Assembly: GCA_963753595.1 (NCBI GenBank) | Contig: CAVWCX010000020.1 | Location: forward strand, 1-64,000 | DNA: 64,000 bases | Direction of reading: 5' to 3' | DNA from: Candidatus Methanoperedenaceae archaeon | GTDB taxonomy: Archaea; Halobacteriota; Methanosarcinia; Methanosarcinales; Methanoperedenaceae | Shown: piece by piece, positions 30,487-39,531 of the stretch | Position numbering within the stretch: position 1 is the stretch's first letter | Layout: every line of letters begins with the position of its first letter | The notes under the pieces: model-generated | What the model saw: only the letters and a program-made list of their open reading frames with translations | Told to the model about the DNA's origin: nothing | Databases searched by the model: none | Translations under genes and position numbers: made by a program

Positions 30487-30992
30487 CTCGTTTTTTTCAA
30501 ATATGTCAGCGTCAATTTCTCATAATTTTTCTGAGTATTTCTTATTATCGCAAGGTCTTCTTCTGTTGCCATCCTGACTTGTTTACATGGCACACCCAGC
30601 ACCACACTGCGGGCTGGTATTTTATGACCTGGGGGCACTAACGCACCAGCTCCGATTATTGCTGATTCTCCAATTTCTACCCCATGAAGTATTGTGGCAT
30701 TCATTCCAATAAGGGCATTATTTTCAATGAGTCGCCCGTGCATAACGCAAGCATGACCTATGATAACCCCGTCGCCGATATGCATATCGTCTTGGTCTGA
30801 ATGAACTACGGAATTGTCCTGGATACTGCAATTTTTCCCTATATTTATTTTTGCCCTGTCAGCGCGAATGACTGTATTGAACCACACGCTTGTTCCTTCA
30901 CCTATTGATACGTCCCCGATAAGACATGCAGTATCCGCGATAAAAACATTTTTTGCAATGATGGGTTCTTTGTCTTCAAACGTGTACAACAT
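30483..30992 (-). CDS. Gamma-carbonic anhydrase family (YrdA-like)
   Basis: IGDVSIG..SVWFNTVIRAD, IQDNSVVH, IGH..MHG hexapeptide repeats. Confidence 0.9.
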   Translation of the reverse strand: MLYTFEDKEPIIAKNVFIADTACLIGDVSIGEGTSVWFNTVIRADRAKINIGKNCSIQDNSVVHSDQDDMHIGDGVIIGHACVMHGRLIENNALIGMNATILHGVEIGESAIIGAGALVPPGHKIPARSVVLGVPCKQVRMATEEDLAIIRNTQKNYEKLTLTYLKKTR

Positions 30993-31100
30993 TCTCCAGT
31001 TACAACCCTCCCGCATATAACAAGAACCTGTTCGCATAAATAGATTATCAGCCAACAAGACACACAATTAAATAGTTTAATCACAATAAAATAGAATGCA

Positions 31101-31700
31101 ATGGACACCATAATAAAGTTCGTTTTATATTTCCTATTTTTTGCGGTCATTCACAGCTTTCTTGCTACGGATCCTACAAAGAAGAAAGCAGAGAAGCTGC
31201 TTGGAAAAGCCTTCCGGTATTACAGGCTGCTATATTCTTTGATCACCATTCCCTTAATTGCTCCTGCTTTCATGATCTGGATGATCTATTCAAATTCCAC
31301 CCCTGTTATTTATGAGATCCCGCATAATTTTTATCCAGTCGTTCTCCTTGTGCGCCTGGGTGCGATCGGTATATTCGGGTACGCCATGCTGCAGATAGAT
31401 GTCCTTGAATTTAGCGGGATAAAACGGCGGAAGAAAAACTTCCTTATTACGAGTGGAGCCTATAGAATAGTCCGGCATCCGCTCTATACAGCGGGAATTC
31501 TTGTTCTCGTCACAAATATGAAAATGACTCTCCTTGATTTAATAGCAGTGCTGCTGATAACAGGTTATTTGCTTGCAGGCGCATTAATCGAAGAGAGACG
31601 GCTGCTTTCGGTGTTCGGGGATGAATACAGGAAATACCAGGAGCAAGTGCCTATGTTCATCCCAACGAAATGGTTTAAAAGAAAGTTATCAAGGGCCTAA
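31101..31700 (+). CDS. ICMT/NnrU/MddA-like membrane methyltransferase
   Basis: FAVIHSFLA, GAYRIVRHPLY, IEERRL..FG.EY..YQ..VPMFIP. Confidence 0.8.
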   Translation: MDTIIKFVLYFLFFAVIHSFLATDPTKKKAEKLLGKAFRYYRLLYSLITIPLIAPAFMIWMIYSNSTPVIYEIPHNFYPVVLLVRLGAIGIFGYAMLQIDVLEFSGIKRRKKNFLITSGAYRIVRHPLYTAGILVLVTNMKMTLLDLIAVLLITGYLLAGALIEERRLLSVFGDEYRKYQEQVPMFIPTKWFKRKLSRA

Positions 31701-33961
31701 CCTTTATACTCCCCGCTCACAACTTCCCTTATCCTGTCTGCTGTCTTTGGTCCCACAAGTTCCACAGCCATCAATTCCTCGCGTGATGCTGTCATGATCC
31801 GTTCAACTGTGCCAAAGTGCCGAAGCAGGTTCTTTGCCACGACTGGCCCGATTTCGGATATAGCTGAAACCACATATTCCTGCTGTTGGGGAAGCCTGGG
31901 GGCGGATTTTGTCCCGTGTAGGTTTATATCTTTTTTCGGATCGACTGCCTGTTCCCTTTTAGCAATTACGCTGATCAATGCCGCAGTGTCTTCTTCATCC
32001 TTGCTGAATAACACCGGGACGCCAAAATCAATTGCCACACTTGAAAGCGCGCCGCGAATTGCATTTGGATTGATCTGGCGCTTTGAATAAAGTCCCTCAC
32101 CCTCAATGATCAGGAGGGGACGGCTGTAAGCACGTGCAAGGTCTGATATCTGGCCAAACAGGTCCCTGCCATCAAGGAAAGTGCTAAGGAAATCTTCTGT
32201 GGTTTTTCTCTCTATGCCAACTCGGTCACTCACTACGTAATCTCCCACTTTTAGTGTTCTTAAGATCACTTCTACACCCAGCTTTTCAAGAGAATGTGCA
32301 ACATGGGAACGGATTTCCCTTTTATCGACATAGATTTTCACTTTATGGGCTTCGGATACATGCACATCAGGATAATCCATTAATTTTGTTTGCCCGTCTG
32401 ACTCGTCCGTTTTTTCTTTTTCCGGGGCATCCAGGTCAATATCGAGATTTTTCATGGTCTTGACCATCTGTCTCTCCTTGTAGTTGCTGCTCCAGTGGTA
32501 TGCCTCATCTTTTGATCCTTTTGCCATAAGGACAACAACTCTTCCGGCATGCTTTCGTCCTGTTCTTCCTTTTCGCTGTATGCTCCTTATTTCAGATGGC
32601 ACGGGTTCAAAAAATACCACAAGGTCGGTAGCGGGTATATCCAGTCCTTCTTCAGCAACTGAAGTTGCTACAAGTGTATTATACTCCCCATCCTTGAATT
32701 TCTGGATGATCTCTACCTGCTGTTTTTGCGTAAGACCCGTGTCCTTGTATTTACTGGCCTGGCCTACGAACCTGATAGGTTTTATGCCGGGAACTTCTTT
32801 GAGCGAATTTGCGACAAGTTCCGCTGTATCCCTGTAATTTGTAAATACAATAACACGCGATTGGGGCGCGTCGGATATTTGCTTTTCAACAAGCTCTTTT
32901 ATTGCATTCAATTTCGGGTTATTCCCGTCACAGCCGCCAAGATGATGCACTGCCTGGCGCATGCTCAGGTCTTCCATCAGGCGTTTTGCAGCTTTGCTCC
33001 CGCCTTTTGACAGTGCCTCATTCTCAAGCCGTTCAAAATATTTTGATAAGGCGGATGAACCCTGGGTTTCTGAAATCTCGATAGCATGGCTCACTTTGAA
33101 TATCTCAGCAAGCAGGGATATCCCCTGGTATATTTTCTGGTCAGGAAAAGAACGAAGCTGCACCTGCAAACGCCCCTGGAGGTCAAGCATTTCCCGTTTT
33201 GAGAGCCGTTTCTGGAAATTAGATATAAACCCGAGTTCCTGTAATTTCGCCAGCCTGTCATTCAGGACTTTATCCATTAGTCCCTTCAGGCTTTTCATCT
33301 CGACAGGTACGGAAACATACATCCTTTCGATGTCCTTATCAAAAATATATGGTTTGACATCGGGGTCTGAATCAGTCCTTATTTCGACTGACTTTAAATG
33401 GAGATTTGCACAAACCTCCTGTATCTTTTCAGTATTACTTCCAGGGCTTGCAGTAATTCCAAGGACGAGAGGGTCGGGGTTTTGCTCTATATACTTTTTC
33501 GCTATATAAACATAGGAATAATTTCCGGTTGCCCTGTGTGCTTCATCAAAAATGATGCATGAAACTTTTTCAAGGTTTATTTTTTTCCCGAGCAGGTCAT
33601 TCTCTATGACCTGTGGTGTGGAGATGACAAGCTGTGCTTTCTCATACATGCTTTCCCGTTTGCCAGGATTTGTATTTCCTGTAAACAATACAACGTTTTC
33701 AGTAGGGATATTAAGGATATCCTTAAAAAAAGCGGCATGCTGTTCCACAAGCGGTTTTGTCGGGGAAAGAAGCAATACTTTCCCTTTCGGGAGGCGTGAC
33801 ACCATCACGAGTAATGCTACTACGGTTTTTCCAAGACCTGTTGGAAGAACTATAAGACTTGATTTCTTAATAGCTTCCCCGGCAAGGGCAAGCTGGTATA
33901 ATCTCTGCTCGACAGTGCCGGGTTTTATGAGGGGATGTTTAATGAATTCAACATCATTCAT
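31697..33961 (-). CDS. hef: Hef helicase-nuclease (SF2 helicase + ERCC4/XPF)
   Basis: PTGLGKT, DEAH, TASP, QRKGRTGR, then GDY..ERK nuclease motif and HhH. Confidence 0.95.
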   Translation of the reverse strand: MNDVEFIKHPLIKPGTVEQRLYQLALAGEAIKKSSLIVLPTGLGKTVVALLVMVSRLPKGKVLLLSPTKPLVEQHAAFFKDILNIPTENVVLFTGNTNPGKRESMYEKAQLVISTPQVIENDLLGKKINLEKVSCIIFDEAHRATGNYSYVYIAKKYIEQNPDPLVLGITASPGSNTEKIQEVCANLHLKSVEIRTDSDPDVKPYIFDKDIERMYVSVPVEMKSLKGLMDKVLNDRLAKLQELGFISNFQKRLSKREMLDLQGRLQVQLRSFPDQKIYQGISLLAEIFKVSHAIEISETQGSSALSKYFERLENEALSKGGSKAAKRLMEDLSMRQAVHHLGGCDGNNPKLNAIKELVEKQISDAPQSRVIVFTNYRDTAELVANSLKEVPGIKPIRFVGQASKYKDTGLTQKQQVEIIQKFKDGEYNTLVATSVAEEGLDIPATDLVVFFEPVPSEIRSIQRKGRTGRKHAGRVVVLMAKGSKDEAYHWSSNYKERQMVKTMKNLDIDLDAPEKEKTDESDGQTKLMDYPDVHVSEAHKVKIYVDKREIRSHVAHSLEKLGVEVILRTLKVGDYVVSDRVGIERKTTEDFLSTFLDGRDLFGQISDLARAYSRPLLIIEGEGLYSKRQINPNAIRGALSSVAIDFGVPVLFSKDEEDTAALISVIAKREQAVDPKKDINLHGTKSAPRLPQQQEYVVSAISEIGPVVAKNLLRHFGTVERIMTASREELMAVELVGPKTADRIREVVSGEYKG

Positions 33962-33976
33962 TCTTAAAAAATGATA

Positions 33977-34204
33977 TTAATCCATCGTTTCGCCTGTATC
34001 TTTCGAGCGAAGCTCAGATAAGGAAAAAGCCACCTGTTTTAATTTGTATTGTTCTATTTCCGTGGGTTCATCACCCTTCTTTATAGCTTTTACCCTTTCA
34101 ACTGGCAGTTCGGCGTATTTAGCTACTTGTTCGTAAGTAAGTTTATGCATGTGCAATAATTCGATCAGATAACGTTTTGTTGGTGGAAGTCCCATAAGTA
34201 TCAC
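33977..34204 (-). CDS. Small HTH (Xre-like) protein
   Basis: LTYEQVAKYAELPVERVKAIKKG helix-turn-helix. Confidence 0.65.
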   Translation of the reverse strand: MILMGLPPTKRYLIELLHMHKLTYEQVAKYAELPVERVKAIKKGDEPTEIEQYKLKQVAFSLSELRSKDTGETMD

Positions 34205-34258
34205 CTTTAATATAGTATGTTTTAATACATAAGCTGGTATATCAAGGTTCTTATTGGT

Positions 34259-34588
34259 GTGATAAAAATGACAGAAAATGATAATGATGTGATCCAGACA
34301 ACCGAAACCGAGATCGGTGGAGTTAAAAAAACCTTAAAGAAATTCAAAAGGAAATGTACTGTTGTTCGAATAGCACAGGCAAAAGGCTGGAGAAACGTAG
34401 TCGTGCTGGATGGAAAGGCAGACAAAAAATACTTTTTCGGCAAAACACCCAATGCACCCCCTGAAATAAATCCGGGTGATGAATTATTCGTAGGATTTGA
34501 AGAGTTACCTTATGATCTGCCCGGTTTAAAGCAGAAGATAACCCTCATGACCCTGGATGGATTCCAGCTTGACTGGACTATGGTTTAA
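34259..34588 (+). CDS. Hypothetical protein
   Basis: 109-aa ORF with GGTG RBS; beta-rich. Confidence 0.65.
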   Translation: MIKMTENDNDVIQTTETEIGGVKKTLKKFKRKCTVVRIAQAKGWRNVVVLDGKADKKYFFGKTPNAPPEINPGDELFVGFEELPYDLPGLKQKITLMTLDGFQLDWTMV

Positions 34589-35301
34589 CGTTCAACGATT
34601 ATAGTTCCAGTCTTGTTTGTATCTTCTTTAAGATAGAAACTGAATGTTCCCGGTGTCCTGAATGTATAATTTGTACGTTTGGCATTATTCAGGAATTTTT
34701 CTTCGAAAAGACCATCGGAACTTACCAGAGTAACTGCGTATGTTCCATCATTTGTCCATACAACTTCATCGCCGGCTTTTATTGGGACTGATTTTGGATT
34801 AATACCTCTATTTGTTTCCAGTTTCACTGATATTTGCTTTCCTGATGCCGTAACTTCCGGACCTGCGGTAGGTGCTGGAGTCGGAACCAGGGTATTTGTA
34901 ATTATTGGCGTCGGAGTCGCAACTGGAGGGGAAGCGACATGTTTATCGTCAGCCGGATTGAAAAATACCCATGCAATAGCACCAACTACGAGGATCGCCA
35001 GAACGATCATGACCAGTGAATTGATACTGGATGGGGAAGCTGTTGATTTTAAAGAGGGGGCACTTGAAGCCGATGATTTGATCGGGGGTATTATCTGCGC
35101 TTTTTTCTCTTCTTTTTTGGCTTCACCTGCGTCTTGCATTACAGGTTCTGCAACTACATCTCCTGCACCGGTCAGGTCTTTGTTCCAATTGCATTTCGGG
35201 CATGTCTGGGCAATCGGATAATCAATACTGCCAAGGCCAATTTTTTTCGTAATGGTCCTGGTTAAAAGTGTTTCACCGCATTTCGGGCATTTTTCTTCCA
35301 T
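34585..35301 (-). CDS. Zinc-ribbon / TM / cupredoxin-like membrane protein
   Basis: CPKCG..CPKC N-terminus, one TM helix, PT-rich linker, IKAGDEVVWTN..TFRTPGTFSFY cupredoxin-like domain. Confidence 0.7.
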   Translation of the reverse strand: MEEKCPKCGETLLTRTITKKIGLGSIDYPIAQTCPKCNWNKDLTGAGDVVAEPVMQDAGEAKKEEKKAQIIPPIKSSASSAPSLKSTASPSSINSLVMIVLAILVVGAIAWVFFNPADDKHVASPPVATPTPIITNTLVPTPAPTAGPEVTASGKQISVKLETNRGINPKSVPIKAGDEVVWTNDGTYAVTLVSSDGLFEEKFLNNAKRTNYTFRTPGTFSFYLKEDTNKTGTIIVER

Positions 35302-35472
35302 TTCGACACCGTACTAAAAACCCTTCTTTGCACTATATAAATATATCGACTGAAATTTGAAAATTACTTGCAGTTCAGGCTTATAATCTTTCTTATAATT
35401 TTTTCGGGACTGCACAATATTTTTTTTGCTACCAAACCGTTAAATAGACTTGTGTATTATTAGGCCTACTAT

Positions 35473-35580
35473 GCTCCGATAGTGTAGCAGGCCAATCATT
35501 CTGGCCTTTCAAGTTTTATGCGCCAACCGGTGCTGAAATAAAGACAGCCAGTGACTCGGGTTCAAATCCCGATCGGAGCA
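35473..35580 (+). tRNA. tRNA-Glu (UUC) with 34-nt intron at 37/38 (35512-35545)
   Basis: GCTCCGA/TCGGAGC acceptor stem; anticodon stem CTGGC/GCCAG; anticodon TTC at 35508-35510; bulge-helix-bulge motif. Confidence 0.93.
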
Positions 35581-35705
35581 CTCAATTTAAAAAATAATTC
35601 CAATACCCTGATACCGCATTGAGGGTTTTATCAAATCACCTCAATTTAAAATAGAAGTATCTACTAATAAAAAAATTAAAAAAAAGGAAAAAGTAAAATT
35701 ATTAA

Positions 35706-35996
35706 TTAAACTTTATCCAGCAGCTCAACGCCTGTTTTCTTTACATTGGGCTTGTTGATCTTTGCTGGCATCCACTTTGGTTTGTTCTTTGGAGCAGCAA
35801 CGACTTCTGTCCATCCCTTGTAGATGTGGATCTTCTTTGTTCCTCTCTCCCTTAATCTTAATTCGACTGGTTTTGATTTTGTCCCTTTGCTGCGATTGGC
35901 TGCCTTTAATGCTGCCTGGCGCGGCTGGTGACCTGTAAATACTCCAGTCTCTTTACCATTCTTTTCCCGTAATACAAAATTTCTTATTTCTGCCAT
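35706..35996 (-). CDS. Non-histone chromosomal protein MC1
   Basis: RNFVLR..GVFTG.QPRQAALKAANR..LRERGTKKIH..PKWMP. Confidence 0.95.
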   Translation of the reverse strand: MAEIRNFVLREKNGKETGVFTGHQPRQAALKAANRSKGTKSKPVELRLRERGTKKIHIYKGWTEVVAAPKNKPKWMPAKINKPNVKKTGVELLDKV

Positions 35997-36330
35997 ATTT
36001 TATTCATACCCCGACAACGAATTGTTGTCTAGTAGTACAATCATGCATCATAGTATATAAATGTTGTTGTGAAAACTGTGGCAAAGCCTATTGTTTTAAA
36101 AAAATGATTCTATACATAGTGGTATTTCAACGGTTGAAAAAACCGAATCAGTAGGATTAAAATGAAAATTGTATGAATATAAACCAATTGTCATAGAATA
36201 GTTATACAATATAAAAATAAACAAAACAGCATGTATGGGTGGAATTTATGAATATATACATAATTCATGCAATAATTTGACAGATTTTCTTTCCAGCACT
36301 TTAATATTCCCTTCAAACAAAAAAGGGATT

Positions 36331-37446
36331 GTGCCCCTTAATAATAGAGTCAGGAAAAATGTGTTTGACCTTGTACCATGCATTCACGGCGCAAGATTAT
36401 CGGAAAGTGCCCGAACCGCTGGAAAGACTACGCAAGAGCTGCTCGATTTCAGTGTTAACATCAATCCACTGGGGCCGCCAAAATTAAGATCGATATTATC
36501 AGCCGCCTGCAAGGACATAAATAATTACCCTGATAACAGATATCCGGGTTTTAAAAAAGCAGCGGCTGATTATCTTGGGGTGGCCTCTGAAAATATAGTT
36601 CCCGGAAATGGCTCGTCAGAATTGATCCGCCTTTTTGCAGAAACGGTCATTGAGCCGCTAGATCTGGTAATTATTCCGGCTCCCACTTTCGCTGAGTATG
36701 AATTCCAGTGCCGCCTCCTGGGCGCGCGCATTGAAAATGTCAATTACGATGATCTTTTAAACACAAATATTGATAATTGTAAAGCTGTTTTCCTGTGCAA
36801 TCCAAATAATCCTACAGGAAAGCTCCTGGATCGAAAAGAAGTCCTTTTGTTTGCTGAAAAATGCACCCGTGCGGAGGTTTTTTTATTTGTGGATGAGGCA
36901 TTCATTGAACTTGCCGATCCAGGCGAAAGTATTGCAGATGTAGCAGCATATAACGATTTTGTCATAGTATTGCGTTCACTTACTAAAACGTTCGCTGTCC
37001 CCGGATTAAGGATCGGTTTTGCTGTTGCATCCCCTGTTCTGGCAGGCCTTATGAACAATATCCGCCTTCACTGGAACATGAACTCTATTGCCGCAGCAGT
37101 GGGTGAAGATCTTCTTGCTGATAATCAGGATTATATCAACAGGTCACTTGGATTATTAAAGAAAGAACGCGAATGGCTGACATCAAAACTTGCTTCCGTC
37201 AGGGGCTTTAAACCATACCCCAGCGATACGAATTTTATCCTTGTTGATATCAGGGAGTTTGGTTTAAGTTCTCTGCAGCTCACAGAACGCATGTTAAGAC
37301 ATGGCATCATTATTCGGGATTGTGCTTCTTTTGATCTTGAAAATCACATCCGTGTGGCTGTGCGAAAGAGAAGCGAGAACCGCACCCTGATCGCGGCAAT
37401 CCTTGCGCGTTATAAAAGAATGGGGAAGCGAACTTGCAGAAAATGA
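36331..37446 (+). CDS. cobD: L-threonine-O-3-phosphate decarboxylase; N-terminal part, frameshifted near 37400
   Basis: HG, LDFSVNINPLG, GNGSSELI, CNPNNPTG, DEAFI, RSLTK..PGLRIG; located in the cob operon. Confidence 0.88.
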   Translation: MPLNNRVRKNVFDLVPCIHGARLSESARTAGKTTQELLDFSVNINPLGPPKLRSILSAACKDINNYPDNRYPGFKKAAADYLGVASENIVPGNGSSELIRLFAETVIEPLDLVIIPAPTFAEYEFQCRLLGARIENVNYDDLLNTNIDNCKAVFLCNPNNPTGKLLDRKEVLLFAEKCTRAEVFLFVDEAFIELADPGESIADVAAYNDFVIVLRSLTKTFAVPGLRIGFAVASPVLAGLMNNIRLHWNMNSIAAAVGEDLLADNQDYINRSLGLLKKEREWLTSKLASVRGFKPYPSDTNFILVDIREFGLSSLQLTERMLRHGIIIRDCASFDLENHIRVAVRKRSENRTLIAAILARYKRMGKRTCRK

Positions 37447-37741
37447 GATTGGTAAAGCACTTGACCGGGGAGTTGCCGCGAGAAGCAGGATCGACTGTGA
37501 ATATTACCCGTGCCATTTTTCAGGACAGGATTGCACATTCTGTTTCTGTCCCTTCTACCCGTGTGAAAATACCAGGACAGGAGGAGAACTTATTCATAGA
37601 TCAACAGGCGGGACAGTCTGGAGCTGCGCAGGCTGCAACCTCATACACCAGGGGAATATCGCGGAAAATGTGCTAAAAGAGCTGATGAGCGGCAGGAAAA
37701 TAAAGGAAGCCTGGAAACTTGTAATGGAGCCTGTTTTATAA
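37403..37741 (+). CDS. Cysteine-rich small domain, normally the C-terminus of Methanosarcinales CobD
   Basis: CEYYPCH..QDCTFCFCPFYPC..WSCAGCNLIH; lies in a different frame overlapping the cobD end. Confidence 0.75.
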   Translation: MRVIKEWGSELAENEIGKALDRGVAARSRIDCEYYPCHFSGQDCTFCFCPFYPCENTRTGGELIHRSTGGTVWSCAGCNLIHQGNIAENVLKELMSGRKIKEAWKLVMEPVL

Positions 37742-38655
37742 TGGATTTCTGGATACAGGTTTTACTGCTTGCGGTTCTTTTTGATATTATATTAGGAGAG
37801 ATGCCTTCGTTTTTTCATCCGGTCGTGTGGATGGGAAAACTCATCAACCTGTTCGTGGACGCCGCCCCGCACCATTACAGGAAAATATATGGTCTATTCA
37901 TGGTGATTTTTTGTGCAGGGATAACGGTTTTACTGGCAATATCCCTTGAATTGACAGGAACAGGAATTTTTGGACTGGTAATTACAGCATATTTTCTGAA
38001 ATCCAGCTTTTCAATTCGCATGCTACTTGTTTCTGCCATCGGGATAAAAAAAGACCTTGATTCGGGAAAAATCGAAAAAGTAAGAAGTGACTTAAAAACC
38101 TTTGTGGGCAGGGATACATCAAAACTCAGCGAGCATCAATCGGCATCAGCTGTAATAGAATCATTGGCAGAGAGCTTTGTTGACGGCATATTATCACCTT
38201 TATTTTATTTCCTGGTTTTCGGTCTTCCGGGTGCACTTACTTACCGCATGATAAATACGCTTGATTCCATGGTTGGTTATAAGAAAGAGCCCTTCAGGGA
38301 GCTTGGGTATGCAGCGGCAAAGGTTGATGATATTGTCAATTTAGTACCCGCGAGAATGTCACTCGTGATTATTTTTATATCGTCAATTTTCTTTGGTAAA
38401 CCGCTTGATGCCCTAAAAACCTGCGTCCTTGACCATAATAAGACTGCTTCCCCAAATTCAGGGTGGCCGATGGCTGCCGTTTCAGGCGCGCTCAATGTTC
38501 GGCTTGAAAAAGTTGGATATCATGTATTGGGGGATAAATATCAGCATCCAGGGGCAATACATATAAAAAAAGCAGTGTTTTTAGTGGGTTTTTCCTCTTT
38601 AATAGTTATTGGAGTAATATTTTTAATAGGAAAGATTCCTTTAGTCTTGTTTTGA
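37741..38655 (+). CDS. cbiB: Adenosylcobinamide-phosphate synthase
   Basis: HPVVWMG, VGRDT, ESLAES..DG, YRMINTLDSMVGY, SPNSGWPMAA. Confidence 0.93.
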   Translation: MDFWIQVLLLAVLFDIILGEMPSFFHPVVWMGKLINLFVDAAPHHYRKIYGLFMVIFCAGITVLLAISLELTGTGIFGLVITAYFLKSSFSIRMLLVSAIGIKKDLDSGKIEKVRSDLKTFVGRDTSKLSEHQSASAVIESLAESFVDGILSPLFYFLVFGLPGALTYRMINTLDSMVGYKKEPFRELGYAAAKVDDIVNLVPARMSLVIIFISSIFFGKPLDALKTCVLDHNKTASPNSGWPMAAVSGALNVRLEKVGYHVLGDKYQHPGAIHIKKAVFLVGFSSLIVIGVIFLIGKIPLVLF

Positions 38656-38717
38656 ACTAAAAACCGCAAGAACATAGATATAGATTTAAATAAGGTAATA
38701 AGGGATTTATAAAATGG

Positions 38718-38858
38718 AACCGCAGATAAACGCAAATGAACGCAGATTGAATGAATCGGCTGAGCAGATCATTATGGAGAGCCATGTGTGTGGGCGATGT
38801 CAACTGGCGCAGCGTTCCAGTACAGCAAATCAGCGATTCTGGGCGTTCATCTGCGGTT
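38718..38858. repeat. 9-nt-periodic palindromic element, CGCAGAT type, framing a short ORF remnant (38714-38920)
   Basis: AACCGCAGAT-AAACGCAAAT-GAACGCAGAT ... AATCAGCGATTCTGGGCGTTCATCTGCGGTT; terminal 10-bp perfect IR. Confidence 0.8.
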
Positions 38859-38916
38859 TATTTAAATTTGAAATATTGAACACCCACAAAGAAAGTTTGA
38901 ATTATTGGAGAAACTT

Positions 38917-39531
38917 ATGAAATTATCAAATATCAAAAATGAAAAAAAGAAAAAGAACCAGCCCAATGATGTTGACACTTCTAATACGACAAGCATCATG
39001 AAAGTCTTTGAAGATGCAGGACTTTCTGAAGATGTTCTTGTTCACGCTGCCATAGAACTTTATGTACCCCATCCCGGAGTTGAAACAAAGGAAATCGCAG
39101 AAAAGGTATTTAAAAGAGAATTAAAACACGCCCTCTCTGATCCCAACCTGTGCATCCTGATATATTCAGGAATGCTTCTTGAAAAAGCGGGGGAGAAAGG
39201 CGAGCTTCCGGGAATGACCAAAGAGACTTTTAATAAAGACCTGACATTTCTTATTGTGGATGAAGTGATCGGGATGAGTATCGCAAAATACATCAGCGGT
39301 GACAAGGGGATCTTTGAATATGTGAGATTTGACAAATTAAAACCCGGTATCCTGTCAACACTTGGACCTTTTATGGATGATGTTGTCGCCGGGCTCATAG
39401 GAGGAGCATCCGCGAATATGTATTCAAGAGGAAAGGGCGATGGGGCAAAACATGAAAAAAAGAAAGTAAAAAAGACAAAACCAAGAAAGATGGATAAGCC
39501 CAATATAAAAGCAGGCGGTTTCGCCGGATGA
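38917..39531 (+). CDS. cobZ: Alpha-ribazole phosphatase CobZ-like
   Basis: LYVPHPG, DPNL, LIVDEVIG..IAKYISG..GIFEYVRFDKLKPG..LGPFMDD. Confidence 0.85.
   Translation: MKLSNIKNEKKKKNQPNDVDTSNTTSIMKVFEDAGLSEDVLVHAAIELYVPHPGVETKEIAEKVFKRELKHALSDPNLCILIYSGMLLEKAGEKGELPGMTKETFNKDLTFLIVDEVIGMSIAKYISGDKGIFEYVRFDKLKPGILSTLGPFMDDVVAGLIGGASANMYSRGKGDGAKHEKKKVKKTKPRKMDKPNIKAGGFAG

Noticed and set aside
35618-35645. Hairpin ATTGAGG/CCTCAAT after tRNA-Glu
   Set aside because: Short; most simply a terminator-like structure between convergent genes.
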